Origin: Raillietiella orientalis
Taxonomy: Eukaryota
Assembly (NCBI GenBank): GCA_036172245.1
Contig: JAYWIR010000029.1
Coordinates: forward strand, 1,054,001-1,118,000
Direction: 5' to 3'
Length of the DNA: 64,000 nucleotides
Positions 11,401 to 25,429 of the stretch are shown one piece after another. The first letter of the stretch is position 1; each line of letters begins with the position of its first letter. The notes beneath the pieces were generated by a model. It did no database searches, was not told the DNA's origin, and was given only the letters and a program-made list of their open reading frames with translations. Position numbers and translations under genes: made by a program.

Positions 11401-14400
11401 GAAAGGGAGACAGTGCAGTATCTTTGCGACTTCAGGTTTTCAAGGCATCCCATCGCCTCCAAGTCATTCGCCTTTCCTGGAGCATCCGAGGCGGCGCGCA
11501 CCGCCGTCTCGTATGTGCCCCAGAAAACACCCTCGAAGTGGCGTCTCTCAGGGGAAAACTCCAGCAGCAACTCTGCTGGAGCTTCTTCGCTGGAAGGAAC
11601 GTGTCGCTGTCTTTCTCCAGAGCTGCTCGACGGGCGTTCTGCTTCTTCTGGAGTCCCCGTTTGCTGCGCGCGCAGAGGTGCGTGGTCCGCTTGCGGGGCG
11701 CTGGCCCGGACCTCGCAGCAGCGGTCCAGGAGGGTTTTTTCCGCTCGCGTTTCCAGGAAGCTCGAGAGACCCAGTCTGCGGGCGGCGCCGGCAATTAGGC
11801 TTCCTAGGAAGAGATCTTAGCGCAATTACCGATTGGACGGTGTCAAAGATTGGTCATCAGAGAGTGAAAGAACGGTTGCGCAACCTGCTTGGCGACGCGT
11901 AACGCTCCCAAGCCATGTCGAAATGGCTTCCTGTCCTACCGGTCGCTGCTAACTCTTCCCGAAGCGTTTCCTATTAATCTTCAGCTCACGACGGAAGCAT
12001 CTTTTTTTGCCTTTTTTTTTTTTGTCGCTGCTTTTCCTCGCACCTTCCCCTGTCTTCTCCGGAGGGAAAAGGAAAGACGGCTTTCCCACAAGGCACGGAC
12101 AGGAAACGCCACTTAGCGGACCGCCGCTCAGGGTGAGGCTGCGAGCACGGTCGAAGGTGCTCTCTGGCAATGTCCCTCTCCCAAGTGCACCTGGAAGGGG
12201 CACACCGTGCATCACCAAGCCTGATGATTTAAGAAGAACTTCGGATTCGGTTCGTTCTCTCTAAGGGAATATCTTTCTGGTTCTCCAAATGCCGAAGAAC
12301 CGTTCTCCTCCCTTCTAGAGGCGAGGCTCACGAAGCTCTTTGACGCTGTTCACGTCACGGGTGGGTGCCACTGGCTCTTCAAGTTATGGAAGGGGGATCA
12401 CCCTATGAATCCAAGAAGGGATCCGGAGAAGGGAGTCCGTTCCTCTCGCGCTTAGGAGGAAAGGGAACCCTTCAACCTGGTTGTCTCCGAAGGGAATCCT
12501 GAAAGAAACCTCCTACCTTATTCTCTCCGGAGGGATTTCTCAGAAGGGGGGGTAAAGGCACTTTTCGTTCCTTCTGCGAAGGGACTTCCCGGAAAAGGTG
12601 CGCTCCTGGTTTCATCCTCTGAAGAGAACCTCAAAGGGACGCTTACTGATTTCCCTGAAGGGTGCTTCCCGAAGGAGGCAGCGCTCTTCTTGATACACTG
12701 GAGAAGTGTCGATCCACCAGCTCCATGGTACGAGTTGGGCTCCTTTGCACAACCGGAGGGGAACTCCAAAGGATACCGGCCTGTGCTTCTGTTTACTGGA
12801 AGGACTCTGGAGGGTCGACTCCCAATCCCGGCCACTCATCGGAACAGATCACTCATCTCTTGTTTTTCTCCCTCTTTTTCCTCTTCTTCCTTTTCCTCTT
12901 CTTTGCCTTCTTCAGACCGCTCATCGCAGCTTTTTACCAGATTCTACCGATGCCTACCCGGAGGGGAATGCGCTCCCAGATGGAGACGGTTCCTCCCGGC
13001 CTGCGTCGAGATGAGCCGGGCACGACCGCTCGCTTCGGTGGTCGGCCCTGCTCTCCTGGCGGCGGAGGGGTTTCCGGAAAGGGGCGTTCCCTGCCGGCTC
13101 CTGCAGGAACGTTCTGCCGCTTCCAGGAGATTTCCGAATCCGTTCGGAGTATCCCTGAAAGCAAGGGAACAGTGGGAGCCTCCGAGGGGTCGTTGCGGAG
13201 ACGCCAGAGCTCTTGGGAACTGATGGGGGCCTCAGCGCCTGGGACACTCGGAGGGAGCACAGGCGAAAGGAGAAGGAGGGAGGGGGAGATAAAAAAGGAG
13301 AGGCATAGGAGCATTCTGCAGGCATCAGAAAGTTACTGCCCCAGGGTTACGAGGAAGGTCCTCTCCGGAAGCCCGGCGACACCCAAAGTGGTCGTTCCGA
13401 GGAAGGCGCCAGTTTCGATCTCCGGCTCCGCGGCCTCCGGAAAGCCACAGGAGGTTCGAGTAGTTCAAGCGTGGCCGGGAAGCCAGGTGATCCAAAGGGG
13501 GGTCGCCCACTGATGCACATTCGGCGGTCGATCCACTCTCACTCACGCGAACGCCTGAAGACAGCGTGCCGTCATTTCCGCCTTCCTCCGGGTGGCAAAG
13601 ACCGAGCTGCGGACCAGCCTGAAGAGGGAATCTCCCAACGTTTCTCAAGGGTGCGTCCTTCGCGTGCCCGTTCCTTCCCCGAGTCGGTGCAGGCGTTTCA
13701 ACGCCCCGAGTCCTCCCGGGCGCTCCGCCCTCCGCGATTCCCGCGGGAACCCCCAGGATCGCGCGGCGGGACTTTGGCGCTCTCTCCCTCCGCCTGTCGT
13801 GCGAGACACTCTCCGCTCCCTCACAATAGATCACGCCGGTCCCACCGCGGCAGCTGCCTCGAGTTCCGGAGGCCATTTCATCGCTGCTAAGGTTGCTAGG
13901 ACGCTCGCGTTGCTAGGGGTCTCTCCGCCTGCCCGCATGCGAGAGCGAAGCGATCTCCCGTCCACGCCTTCTCTAAGTGACGCTCCAGGCGTTCCGACCT
14001 ACGTTTGCCCATTCCCGGAATCTTTTCGTCCTCATCTCGTCTGGAGCCGTTCTCGATGTCAAGATCCGCAGGTTGTGACTCGCTGCTTCCTCCCGAGCTG
14101 GACCCCTTTCGAGATAGCATCGCCTTCGCGAGCGGTTCGTGGCACCTGAGGGATAGCGAGGCGCTGACCTCTCGAGCACAGGTGCTGACCTCCAAGAAAT
14201 CAGCCGTCCTCACGAGACAGTGTCTCAGCAGAGGGCTGCTTGGAAACGCCTCGCGACGGAGTCTTTCCGAGATTCGGAAGTGAAGAGTGCAGTTGCGAAA
14301 AAAAAAAGAAGGACGCACCGGAACAGTCGGGAAGAAATTGGCAGGTTAGGAGGAGGTGGAGGGGAAGGGGAGGAGGGAAAGAGAGAGAGATATCCGGTGC

Positions 14401-15249
14401 CGAAGAACTTTCAAGTGCAGGTCCGCACTGCCAGCAAAGCCCGCGGGTCGGAGAGGGAAGGGTGCAGGCAACCGTGGAGTGGCAGGTCAGGAACGCAGAG
14501 TTCAGGCGTGGGCGTGGAAAGCGGAGGGCGGCGGCGATCGTGTTTGCACGACGTCTAGCAGCTTCGTGGAGCCAAGGCGCGCTTCTTCGAGACCCCGCGC
14601 GAGGCCGGCAGCAGCCGGAGGAGGAGAACGACAGTGCCCGCGTTGACCAGCCGGCGAGCGCGCTGCAGACGAGGGTCTCTTCCGGATAGAGGCGGGTCTG
14701 GCTTTCGGGAAGCCGTCCGACCTGCAATCGGATGAGCCTGAGGGAGGGGGGGAAGGAAGGGGGGGGGGGTTTCACAGCAACAGGAGAGAGTGGGAGACTC
14801 GGCGTGACCCGCCGACTTCGCGCAGAGGGAGGAGGAAGAGGAGACGCAGCGGAAAGATGCTCACGAGCGCGCGGTCCCCATCCGCAGCCCTGCGGACACG
14901 GATCGAGCCTAGAGTACGAAAGAGGGCGCGCATGCGCTACCAACGTCTTCGGCGCCGGGCGGCGCTGCACATGTGAGTGCGCGAGAACAAAAGAAGTTTC
15001 CGCGAAGCCCAGTGATCCGAGTCGGAAATTCACACGGGTGCGCAGGTAAAGAGTTTCCCACTCTTTCCATTAACGGGCTCGCTCGGGACTCTTTCAGCTG
15101 TTCCGCGTTTTCCGTTTTTTTCTTCTTTTTTTTCCCTAGAGCTTCTCAAGCGTTCCGGTTCTCAGAAGCCGCGCGCACGTGCGCGCGGTGCTTTCATCTA
15201 CCGGTCCGTGCAGCACCGCCACCTGAGAAGCTCCCTCGTCCGTTGGCTT

Positions 15250-15770
15250 CCGCCAGGTTTTCGCGCCCAGCGTGGAACATCCTTCGAGGACATCAGTAGC
15301 ACATGCCGGGTGCCTAGCCGCTCTCCTGCTCTGCTTCGGCTTGGATCCTCCCGGAACAGCGCAGGAAACCCCGAGAAGACGTGCCCGGCAAGATCGCGGC
15401 TTTTGCAGCTGCGTTCCGCTCTCTTGCTTCCCTCCTTCTTTTCCCGACGGCGTCTGGCATGGGAAACGAAGAGTGACGACATTCTGTTCGTTGCTTGCAG
15501 CGCGGGGGACGAAATCGCTGCGCCATTCGAAAGTTCCCCCCTACGGCCACCCGCGGAAGAAGAAATGGAAAAAACAGGGATAAAAGCGGACCGAGTCGCA
15601 GAACCTTCGTTCCCAAGTAGGGAAGTCCAGAAGTCCTCGAAGAAGGAAGCCACGAGTCAAAATGCGGTTGCTGCAGAGGACCGTTCGGCCCCGTGCATTT
15701 CTGGATGCTTGCCCTTGCCCCCATAGTAGCACATCGTTGGCGTTTCAAATTCCACAGATGAGATTCCACA
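15250..15770 (-). mobile_element. Decayed L1-like ORF2 fragment (start of RT)
   Basis: KCTGPNGPLQQPHFDSW resembles KSPGPDG..EFY..FW; FLLPRV..RFRPPRCKQRTECR resembles LLPK..YRPISLLNTDYK. Confidence 0.4.
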
Positions 15771-16899
15771 GCTTTCTGCTGGGCCGCAGAGATCAGCAGG
15801 GATGCAATGGAAAACCTAAGGATCGTGCTGTTCCAGTGCTTCTCTAAATGCTTCTTGTGCCCATAGGAACCTTCAGGCGAACGAGCGTCATGGAGGACTT
15901 TCGAAGAATCGACGGGGGATCAGTTTCTAATGAGGTGTCGTTGCCATGAACTCACAAGAGCAATCGGCGCTATTCAGCTTACAGCAACACTTGGAATGAG
16001 CCGGGTTTCCGCTTCGCTTCCTCCACTTCCTGTAGAGTGTAATTCCTCTACAACACTGCAACCGGACGGCTCGTTGTTGATCCGCCAGCCAAGGTGACGT
16101 ATGTCGAAGTTGACAACATGGAGAAGCCGTGTGTCCTGGTGGATTCCATCCTTTCCTTTCGTCCTTCTCTCAGATGGTGCGCTTCCTACACGTTCGGACC
16201 CTCTTGCTCCCCAGGCGAAAGTGCGTCCCCTGATCTTCCCTTATCTTCTTGTATTGTGAGTGGCGCGAACGGGGGATTTCAAGGCTCTTGGGCGAACCAG
16301 CTGCTCCGCGCGCGCGTGCGAGTGCGTACGCACACTACGTCAAGTGCTAATGTACGATGCTCATGCGGGCAGCGCGGCAAAAAGGGCAAAGCAAGCTCGG
16401 TGTTCTCTCGCACGCTCTGGGGTGTTTTCCATTTCCTCCTCGAGACATTGTGGAGCTTCCGAACAAATGACACGTGAAGGCGCTGCCAGCTCTCTAGTGC
16501 GCGCAGACGCACGTCGTGCACGTCGTGTCCCTTCTGAATTTACGGACTCATCAGACTTCTATGTTGCCACTGCACGGTTCAACATCAGCCGCGACCTTGG
16601 TCGGTGTTTATCTACACCCGTGGTGTATTGTGCCGGGCATTGGGAACTCTCGATTGCTTGCCGGAGTAGATCGAAGTGCAAAGAGGAGGAAAGAGAGGAA
16701 GAAGAGGATGAAAAATTCCAGCATGCTCCAGAATTTGACTGTTCCCTGATCACCACCTTCAGAGCAGAGGATCCGTGCGCTTAAGGAGGATTGCAGTTGT
16801 TGTCGTCCGAGAAGGAAGAGGGAAGACGACGCCTGCAGAGCCTACGGAAATTGGGATTCTAATAGGGATCCCGACTATGATGCCTCGTGAAAATCGCCA

Positions 16900-17400
16900 A
16901 TGCTAAAACCGGAAGGCTGCCTCGAGGAGGGTTGCCCAGGAAATGCTCTTGTCCACGAACACGAAGAACTTATGGTAGGGAAGGAAGGCAAGCCAAACTA
17001 GAGTTGTTCGTTTATCCCAGTTTTTTCTACTTGCAATTTTTCTATTCTTTTTGCGGCGGGAACGACGGGAGTGGGAAGACAGGACGGGGAGATCGTCTCA
17101 TGGCGACTGCTACTCGAGGAGGACTGGCAGATGAGGCTCGGAAACTTGGGTTGGCAAGGGAAGACCGTGCGGCGATCACCTGTTCTCGTGGTTGCTGTAG
17201 TCTCTTCCGTCATCTTCATCGCCTGCTCGGTCTTCTTATTCCAGAAGATCAGTTGCCTCCAAGCACGGTCGGTGGCTGAGAGGCCGAGTCAAGACGGATT
17301 TGAATCAGGATTCTCTTTCTACAGGACGTCGAAGGAGCGACAAAACGGTTTGTTGTCGCAAGCCACCTGTATTCCCTCCATCTATACTTCAGCGCCTCTA
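16900..17400 (+). mobile_element. Decayed L1-like ORF2 fragment (post-RT region)
   Basis: WRLLLEEDWQMRLGNLGW..SPVLVVAVVSSVIFIACSVFLF resembles W..L..RL..W..LS..GR.VL..SVLSS..IY..S.F.LP. Confidence 0.4.
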
Positions 17401-17449
17401 CTGTAGAGGGCAGAGATGCAGAAACGGATGGAAAAAAAGAAAAAGAAAA

Positions 17450-18750
17450 AAAAGGAGAGTGTTCTCCTAGAGAAAATCCCTACCACACAGGTGCTTCCCA
17501 CTGGAGCTTTGGACCGACCGACTCCACTTCCACCAGAAAATGTCCCCATTGCCCCGCTCAGGCCAGTAAGGGACAGTTGCGGATGGAAGCATCCGGCGTG
17601 TCCAGACTCATGGCTGACGCCTCCCGGGGATCGAATATGCGTGGTCTCGTGTCGTCGCGCGATTCGAAGTCGAGCTTCGCTAAGAATTCTTGAATGTTCC
17701 TCCATCTCCGGAAACCACGCAAGAAGCAGCTTCCCTCCTGACCAAGAGGGATGAGCAGGATCTCAGAAAGAGAAGCAACTGGTAGAGAACAGCACACGAG
17801 ATCGAGTCCACCCCGAGAAACCGAAGTGGGCGTAAGGGTGGTGAAACTTGGCGGCGGCATGTCTGGAGCGAGGATGGCACGCCAACCCGGAGAATTGTTC
17901 CGTCCCCCGTGATGGAAGCGTCCGTCGGGCTGCCAGGAGCCCCCGATGGAGGGTGCAGCCACTCTTGTCCTGCATGGGAAGAGCTCCCTCTCGTAGCGGT
18001 GCCGCAGTCGAGTACGCTGAAGCGGACGGCAGTGGCCACGAGCTGTCCAGTCCGACCGCCTCAGACGAAAAGCCGCTCCTATTCCGCGTCCTCTGCAAGG
18101 GAAGACTTCCTCGCGTTGCCGGTTGGCAGGCAGGTCGACTGAAGGTCCAGGAGGAGCAAGGGTTCTCCTGTGGAATATCGGCAGGGTGACGAAAGCAGCG
18201 AACGACGCTCCACTCCTGAACGAAAAAAAAAAAAAAAAACACCCCAGGATAGACGTGATCGCGGGACGCGCTCTCCTTAACAGAGATGAAAGAAAATGGC
18301 ATCACAAGGAAGCCTGCTGAACTCTTTCCTTCGAAGATCCAGGAGATCCTTGGAAGAAAAGCATCCCGCCTCTGACCGCAGTGGTGCCTTCCAAAGACGC
18401 TCTCTTTGTACGAGCGACCAAACCAAGAAGAAAGGGAGGGAGGAGGGAAAGAGAAGGAGAAGGGGAGGTGCCCATTATTTTCGCAAAGAAGAAAGAAGAG
18501 AATAAAAAAAAGTGAAAGAAAGAAGCTTCACCGTGGAAGCTGGACTCTCCCACAGAGCGCCTCACGAGTCTCCGGGAAAGGTGACGACCGCCTGGAGGCT
18601 GTCCGAGCTCCTGATCTTTTGGAAAGCTTGCAGCGTCTGCAGAAGACAGGCGGACATCCCGCTGCTTCCCTCCCAGACAGATCTCCTGGTTCTCAGGGTG
18701 CTGCCGCCTTCATTTCGGTACGGCGGGCGAAGGCTAGGCGGGCGCGCGGG
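17450..18750 (+). mobile_element. Decayed L1-like ORF2 (endonuclease C-terminus to start of RT)
   Basis: In order: DSCGWKHP..DRICVVS..ISGNH (APE D.WR..HP..RID..SDH), DEKPLLFRVLCKGR (EKPT.FF.L.K.R) and PGKVTTAWRLSELLIFWK (GKD..WRPISLL..YK). Confidence 0.4.
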
Positions 18751-19749
18751 CGCGAATCAACCTGCAACGACCACAGACACAGGCATGGGGTCGTGCAAGG
18801 GATGGAAAAGATAAACACACGGGAAATGGGTTTGCACAGGCGCGTACAGGTGATAATGGCTGTAAGTAAATAGGAACACGTCCAATTCAAGATGGACGCG
18901 GAGAGCCACGCCGTGGGCGGGAGTGGACATGGAATGTACGACAGGGGAACACTTGACATACATGGGAGTGAGGTAAGCTGAGGATTGGCCTGAGGGGTCA
19001 ACAGTCCCCAACGGGCGTGCATGGCGGCAGGCATGCATAAGCGCCGGACGTAGGGAGGGAAGGAGGGGTAAGGGCGCGAAACGCGCGGATTTTGGTGGGT
19101 TTAAAGAAACTTGAGAAAAGCGCCCGGTCAAAACTGCGTCGGGAATGGCGCGGGAAGAGACGGGCGGTGATGGCGCTTCCAGGGAACACCGCCTCTCTCC
19201 CGAAAGGCTCTGGGGAAGAAAGAGTCTCACTTCTTCCGTCTCTAATGCTAACCCTGCCTTCCCGACAGCAGGCTTCCTGGAAGACCGTCCGCGTGCTCCG
19301 TGACTTTCCCTCCACTCCGCAGAAGGCGAGGCGAAGCGAGGTTAGCTGGGATTTTTTTTTCCCCTCCAGGGGTGTCTCCAGGAGCAGCTACTGAAGGACA
19401 GCCGATCCTACGGCTTCGGGAATGGAAAATCCGTCTGCTTCATTCTCCCCCTGAGGCTACTTTTCCATCCACTCCACGCTTTTTTGCGGCACTCGGCTGC
19501 CATCGATGCCAACCACGCGTTCAAATTCCCGGCTCTTCTCTTGCGCTCCTGTTTCTTCCTTCTCTCTTGAAGAGGAGAGAGCATCGCGCTCGACTGGTGG
19601 CAATTCCGTCTTATAGTCGCTGCGCACCAGCGCCCCGCGTTCCAGCAGGCATCTTTCCTCCTTGAGGGAAAAGAGGAGGAAATTCCCGTAACTGCCAATC
19701 GAGGAAATCGGGATCGGGCGATAGCGCTCGTTTTCGGATGACGAAAGAG

Positions 19750-20280
19750 TTCTTGGGGCACCGGGAGAAAAAAGAAATTAGGAAATTCCTTTCGGAGGAA
19801 ACTCGCCAATTCCTCCGCGACATGCACCCTTAGATGAGGACGAGAGGAGGCCTCTCCACGACCAGGGCCGAAGTGTCTGTCCGAACTGACAGCTCCTGAG
19901 GAGCGATTCGATGGGACACCTCAAATGTCCCTCGATGCATATTCTTGATGGAGCAATATTCTTCGTCCTCCTCTTTTTTCCCCACCTGGAGAGACGGCCT
20001 CGGTTCGGGCGCTCCTGTTTCTGCCAACACGGCCTTCCTTCGGTCAGTCACAGGATCCAAGCGCGCGCGCTGCCTGGAGGGAAGTTTTGTCGGCTGTCCC
20101 CATCAGACACAGAATCTTCACTGCTTTCCTTCCTGGGTCCCCCTCCAGAAGAGTCTCGCCCTCTTTACTAGGATGCATTGCAGTAGATGTGGGGACCGCG
20201 GTCACGAGGTCTTCGCCTGCGTCGCAACTACGCCCGGAGGAGAAGGAGGAACCCACCTTCCTCCTCGAGGTCATGGAGGA
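19750..20280 (+). mobile_element. Retroelement ORF1/gag-like remnant with CCHC zinc knuckle
   Basis: Intact CX2CX4HX4C (CSRCGDRGHEVFAC) at 20179-20220, preceded by TGSKRAR..LALF, similar in layout to Tx1-type ORF1. Confidence 0.55.
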
Positions 20281-20544
20281 TCCTTGTTCCGACTCGGACG
20301 CCGATCCCTTTTCGAAGAATGCAGCGGTAGCTGCTCCAGAGCACGCGCGATCCGACCGCGAGCACAGCTGTGGCTCCGAGGCACAGCATCTGTGGGTCCC
20401 CGGTCAGCTGATCATTGTCGAGCACGCAGCCACATCAGCAACAGCTGCCCTGAGAGAAGCAAAGGGAATCCTTCTTTGTCGGCTCCCGAGCTTCCCCGTG
20501 TCCTGCGGAGGAGACTTGAACCCGCATTTCTCTGGAGCCGATTC

Positions 20545-20618
20545 TCCGCGTGGGGATTCGAACCCGCAACGCTTGGTGCCACGCGCGAAGACCGCAGCCG
20601 CGAGGCCGCCAGCGCGGA
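20545..20618 (-). pseudogene. tRNA-like relic or SINE head (possibly His-derived)
   Basis: Minus strand TCCGCG...GCGGGTTCGAATCCCCACGCGGA: B-box, 6-bp acceptor-like pairing, 74 nt, loop GCGTGGC. D and anticodon arms pair poorly. Confidence 0.4.
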
Positions 20619-20949
20619 CGCAATCCAATTCGATGCACTCAATCGACATCAGTTCTGAATCTGGATTCCAGCTCAACACGGAAGCATACTGCCATGAAAT
20701 CATGACCCGTCCAAAACTCTTTCTTATAAACAATCGTTCTTTGTGAATGTTTAAATAAGATGTGGATGGGTGGCACGCTACGAACGCAGACGGATAACTC
20801 CTGCTCACGTCATCGTAATTCAGGCGGGTTCTTGGCTGAGGAAACGGTAAAGTTCACCGAAGTAACCTCATCCTCCAGCTTACATCTCGAAAGTGGAGGC
20901 GACGATGGAAACTAAGGGACTCCATGGACACCCTTGCTTTACTCTACGC

Positions 20950-22350
20950 TGTAGGGGGGGGGGGGGGGGTTACAGAGACATCGGGAGACGTTAGGAGTCT
21001 GAAGCAACTGTCTGTGACGAAGGTGCCATCTTCATCGGACGGCCGCAGTCGGGAAACCACACGAACCGGCCGCACCTCTTCTCGCAGCTGGCAAACCAAC
21101 TGTTTGCAGCCGCCAGTCTGGGGTCTCCAGTAGCCCTCATGTACGTTCCCTGCATCGGCGCCCCGTCTTGCTTCCATATCTTCACCCGTCTCCCTCCCCT
21201 CTCTGCTTCTGGTAACTCCAGGAGCTTCCGTCCCGTCTTCAGGCACCCGGCGTTCGCGGCCCTTCCCCTGTTAGTGCTTAACACCGACGTTTTTAGGCTT
21301 CTTTCTTTTCCCAGTTCTTCTATTTTCTTCATGTAGGAGGTGGGTGTTTTCCGTAGGTAGGCTTCGGGCTTAAAACTGCTCTCACTTAACATTTTGATGC
21401 CCTTCTGCAGACGCCTTTCCACGGCAGTCAGGTTCCCGAGGTTTCATCGGACGTTCGAAGAGTGCGTCCGATACATCCATCCCTTTCATTAGCTATCAAC
21501 CCTATGAGAAGCATCGCGAGCTTTCCCGAGCTGGGGTTCCACCCACAGCGTCCCTTTTCTCTCGCACCCGGTCCAGTGTGAACTCTGTAGTGTTCCTTCT
21601 GAGTCCATTTTCAAATGCAGCGTCTTGTGCTTCCCGGAAGCGATGTGAACTCAGGGCATCCGAAGCATACTCCGGAAGCATCGCCACCTGTGGAGCAGCA
21701 AGGAGCCCACTTGTCAACTTTTTTCCCTTGGAGCTGCCTTGTTCGCACTCTCACGGTCGATAATGGTCGACTAAAGTAGTTCTCTGGCAAACCTGTTTTC
21801 CTGATACTTGGCTCGACCAGAGACTCACCAGCTGCCTTTGTTTTCGCAATATTGGGTAGACAGGATTTCTGGGGGACACTTTTGGATTGAAGCTCTCTAG
21901 CTTGCTGCTGGTGAAGCCATTCTTAAGCTTTTGTGAGATCCAGAGCGAAGCGACCCTTGCGGCGTGACCCGAAGAGCTGCAAGAACGTCCGCATCGCTTC
22001 GGAGCTCTCCTGGCGGCACGCGAGTTGCCGAACTCTCCCGGACGCCTCCGGAGTACTCGATGGACTCGTTGAGACTTCCTCCGGAAGACTCCGGGGGTCT
22101 GTACTTTTCCTCCATGGTCCTTCTCCTGAATGGATTATTTATGAACACCACGCCTCATCCTGAAAAAATAAACACCCACTTTTAGGAGCGAAACCTTTCT
22201 CTACTCCGAGTGCTTCTCCAGTGAAACCAGAGAGAATTTTTCGGGATTCTCTCGAAGAATTCACTACGCTCCCATTTCACTCGAAGGAGACTTGTCGAGG
22301 GTTTCCCTAATCAGCCTCAGCTCTTCATAAGAGTCTCTACAGAAGGAAGC
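20950..22350 (-). mobile_element. Decayed L1-like ORF2 RT region
   Basis: Colinear relics across frames: DKSPSSEMG/EFF, KYRPP, NYFSRPLSTVRVRTRQLQG, EYASDAL (YADD-like), FENGLRRN, KKIEEL, RKLLELPEAERGG. Confidence 0.55.
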
Positions 22351-23838
22351 TAAAAGATCATCCTTGTTCTCTCTCCCTCCTACTCCCAGGATACGTAAAT
22401 GTTTTCCTCAAATTTCAGTGACATTCCCGTGAATGGTAGAAGAGTTCAAACCAGAAGAAAAAACAAAAAACAAAAATTCAGCGCGTTTACTATTGCTATT
22501 GCACTTGACGTGAGTGCTATTCTTTTCTGTTTGCGTCTTGAATATTTTGCATTTCGAGAGGAATGCAACACACGCACAAAAAAAGGCAATCCGAAGTCTT
22601 ATGGAATGTATGTCACATTTGCTCGTTCTCTTCCAGAGTGCAGCTCGCCTAGAACAAGGAGGCTGACCTCCTCTACTCGCAAATTCTTCAGGATCACACA
22701 CTTTCCAGCTCTTCCCTCAGAATCCGGCGTAACGCATACGATCCTGAAAAATCGCAAACTTCAAGTGGTTTTAAAAAGCACTTCAAAACTTCGAATCCTT
22801 GAATGATTCAAATGCAGCACACCGGCACGAGCTATCCTCCAATTTCTTTTTCTTTTTCTTTTTATTTCCTTGCTTTTGGTGTGGGTTGGCAGGCAACAGG
22901 CCGAATACAAAAATCAAACCACAAATCTCAATTTACAACTTCTCTTTTCTTCTTCTTCTTCTCTTAGAAAACTCATAAATCCTGCACCGCAAATGCACGA
23001 TTGCTACTAAATGCTAATATGTAGTCTGCGCGGCAGGGCATCCCGCAAAGACTAGCATTCTTCTCGTGGACCACATTGCTGCAGACATCTATAAATGACC
23101 TGAAAGGATGAGAGAATTTATCTCGGAAACATGCTTTCATGATTACCTTCATAGATTAGGAATGCTTCATGGAATCCTCATTGCGCCTCATTCATGAATT
23201 CATCCCGTACACACGGGTCACAGCATAAACCATGTATAATGGCATATATTAATTTTACATAATGACCTTTCATTCGATATTCTGATACATAACAGCTGAG
23301 AAGCGCGGTAAATCTGAATGGTGGGAAATTATTGCTGACGCGAGAAACAAAGATTACACTTGAATGACCCGACAAAAAAAAAAAAAAACCGCGTAGGCAC
23401 TGCGGTACATCCATTCAGGAGGCTGAGGCGTGTTCCTCTTTGGCACTCAGACTGCACGGTTCGAACACAGATCAGCTGTTGACCATCAGGAAAATTTTTC
23501 CAACGCATCAGCTGAAGGCTGGGAAGCTTCCTGGTAACTGGAGACGTACTTGAATTGGTCAGCTCCAGTGGGTAAACTTTTCGCTAGATTTATCGATCAA
23601 AATCCCGAAAAAGAGCATAAAAAATAAACATATGTGCTTATTCATAGAGTAATACGTAATATATACGAGTGACTACGTGTGTCCAAATGAATATGTATAT
23701 TAATCTATGTAAAGTAAGCATGTATATTTATTTTTTATCGTCTTTCGGGATTTTGAACCAAATCCTTCACCAAATATCTGTAGCACGCTGGAGAACTTGG
23801 CCGGACCAATTATGGAGCTTTCCTCTTGACAGAGCATT

Positions 23839-23890
23839 AGAGAGAGAGAGTGACAGAGAGAGAGAGTGACAGAGAGAGAGAGAGAGAGAG
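23839..23890. repeat. (GA)n microsatellite interrupted twice by TGAC
   Basis: Seen directly in the sequence. Confidence 0.95.
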
Positions 23891-25429
23891 AAGGAAGGTA
23901 CAGATTCTGCAGTCGATTGTAACATAAATGCCTAGTCATCTTTGAAGCCTAGGATATAATGCTGGGGACCGTTGGATTGGTAATGGTTTTCCTCACTTTG
24001 TGGACACGATGGACAACAGCATATGACAAAAGGCACACGGTATCAAGATGTGATATTGGACGATTTTTCTGCGAGCTATATCAACAAGGAAAAACTGCCG
24101 ATCCAGTAAAATCGCGTAGTACACCTATACGGTTTTTCTGATAGCGAAAAATCCTCATTCTGTAAAAAATACGCTGAGCAAAAAAAAGACAACAAAAACA
24201 AAAATACTTTCGCATCAGCATCACAAGGCTCAGCAGTGGCGGCTATCAAGGATTCCTTCTCATGTTGCAGCAGCCGCTTCACTGAATCACGAAGGATTCG
24301 ATTATTTAGTGGAGAGAGAGAGAGGGAGAGAGAGAGACATCAGGAGCTCTGCCATTCCTCAACTTGGAAAAAGACATCTGAAAACTCAAAGTTAATGCTA
24401 CGCCACCATAACGGAGTGTGGAGCAAGCAAGATGTTCACAGAAGGAACTCTGTGTCCGAAAGAATCAGATCTCATCGTAAGCAGTCTCTAGAGATCTAAG
24501 GAAACAATTGAAATAAAGCTACAAGATGATACCATCCAGATTTGCTGATAGTAAAGTGCAAATGGTATAATCCCAAGTCCGTTATCTTCTGGCATTGGGA
24601 ATGTTACTAAGAATGCATGGAGCGTCATGTTATGCGACATCATAAGACGACGCACCATTAATTAAAGTATTCATACGAAAAGATCTACAATTCTGTTATA
24701 AAAGAGTAGAATTCAGGGAAAGAGAGTGATCAGAAAACATCTCTTTTTCCATATGAGACCAAAAAAAAAAAAAAAAAACTTGTTTACCAGTTACGCTCTT
24801 GCTAAATAAGACCAGAGAGCGTTAAGGCTCAATTTTGCTACACTGATCTGGGATCATGAAATCATCTCATCTCATCATTTAGGTGTGCAGATTGATTTTT
24901 CCGAAACACCGTATATCTGCAGGAATGTCAACGTTTACTATCATTTGGCAGATTTTTTTTTAAAAGTAATCTCTTTGAGTATCTTCTCTTTGGTTTAAAT
25001 GTTAACGTTGAATTTCAAGGTTTATTTTACTTTGGGAAAATCAAAGGTAAGAATAAAATACTTGAAGGAAAACAAAATAGCTAAAGATACAATAAATGCT
25101 ACTTCAATGTATGAAAATGAATAACGGCCTGAATTCTGGAATGGAAAAAAATCTTAGAATAAAACCTATTGCTACTGTTTATTACTACGGCTCTTATACG
25201 TATCAGGGAAATCATGTTCAGTTTGTATCAGCTAGAAAGATATATTCGAAAGCAATTATTTTTGGTAACCAAAATTAATCTAGTGGATTTCTTTTGTTTG
25301 GAATGGAAGAGCTGGTAACAATGAAAGCAGATATTTTAAGCTTTCCACCTGTTTCCATGGATAAGCGTTTCTCAAAATTCTACACAGGCTAGTGAAGCTA
25401 CAATTAAAACAGAATCGAAGTCCTGGTTG

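Noticed and set aside
12662..15033. Long overlapping ORFs on both strands (e.g. 283 aa, 277 aa)
   Set aside because: R/P/S/G-rich low-information translations expected from GC-rich DNA; no domain or consistent splice model.
17071..17406. Single-pass membrane protein
   Set aside because: The hydrophobic stretch fits the L1 ORF2 post-RT segment better, and no gene structure was found.
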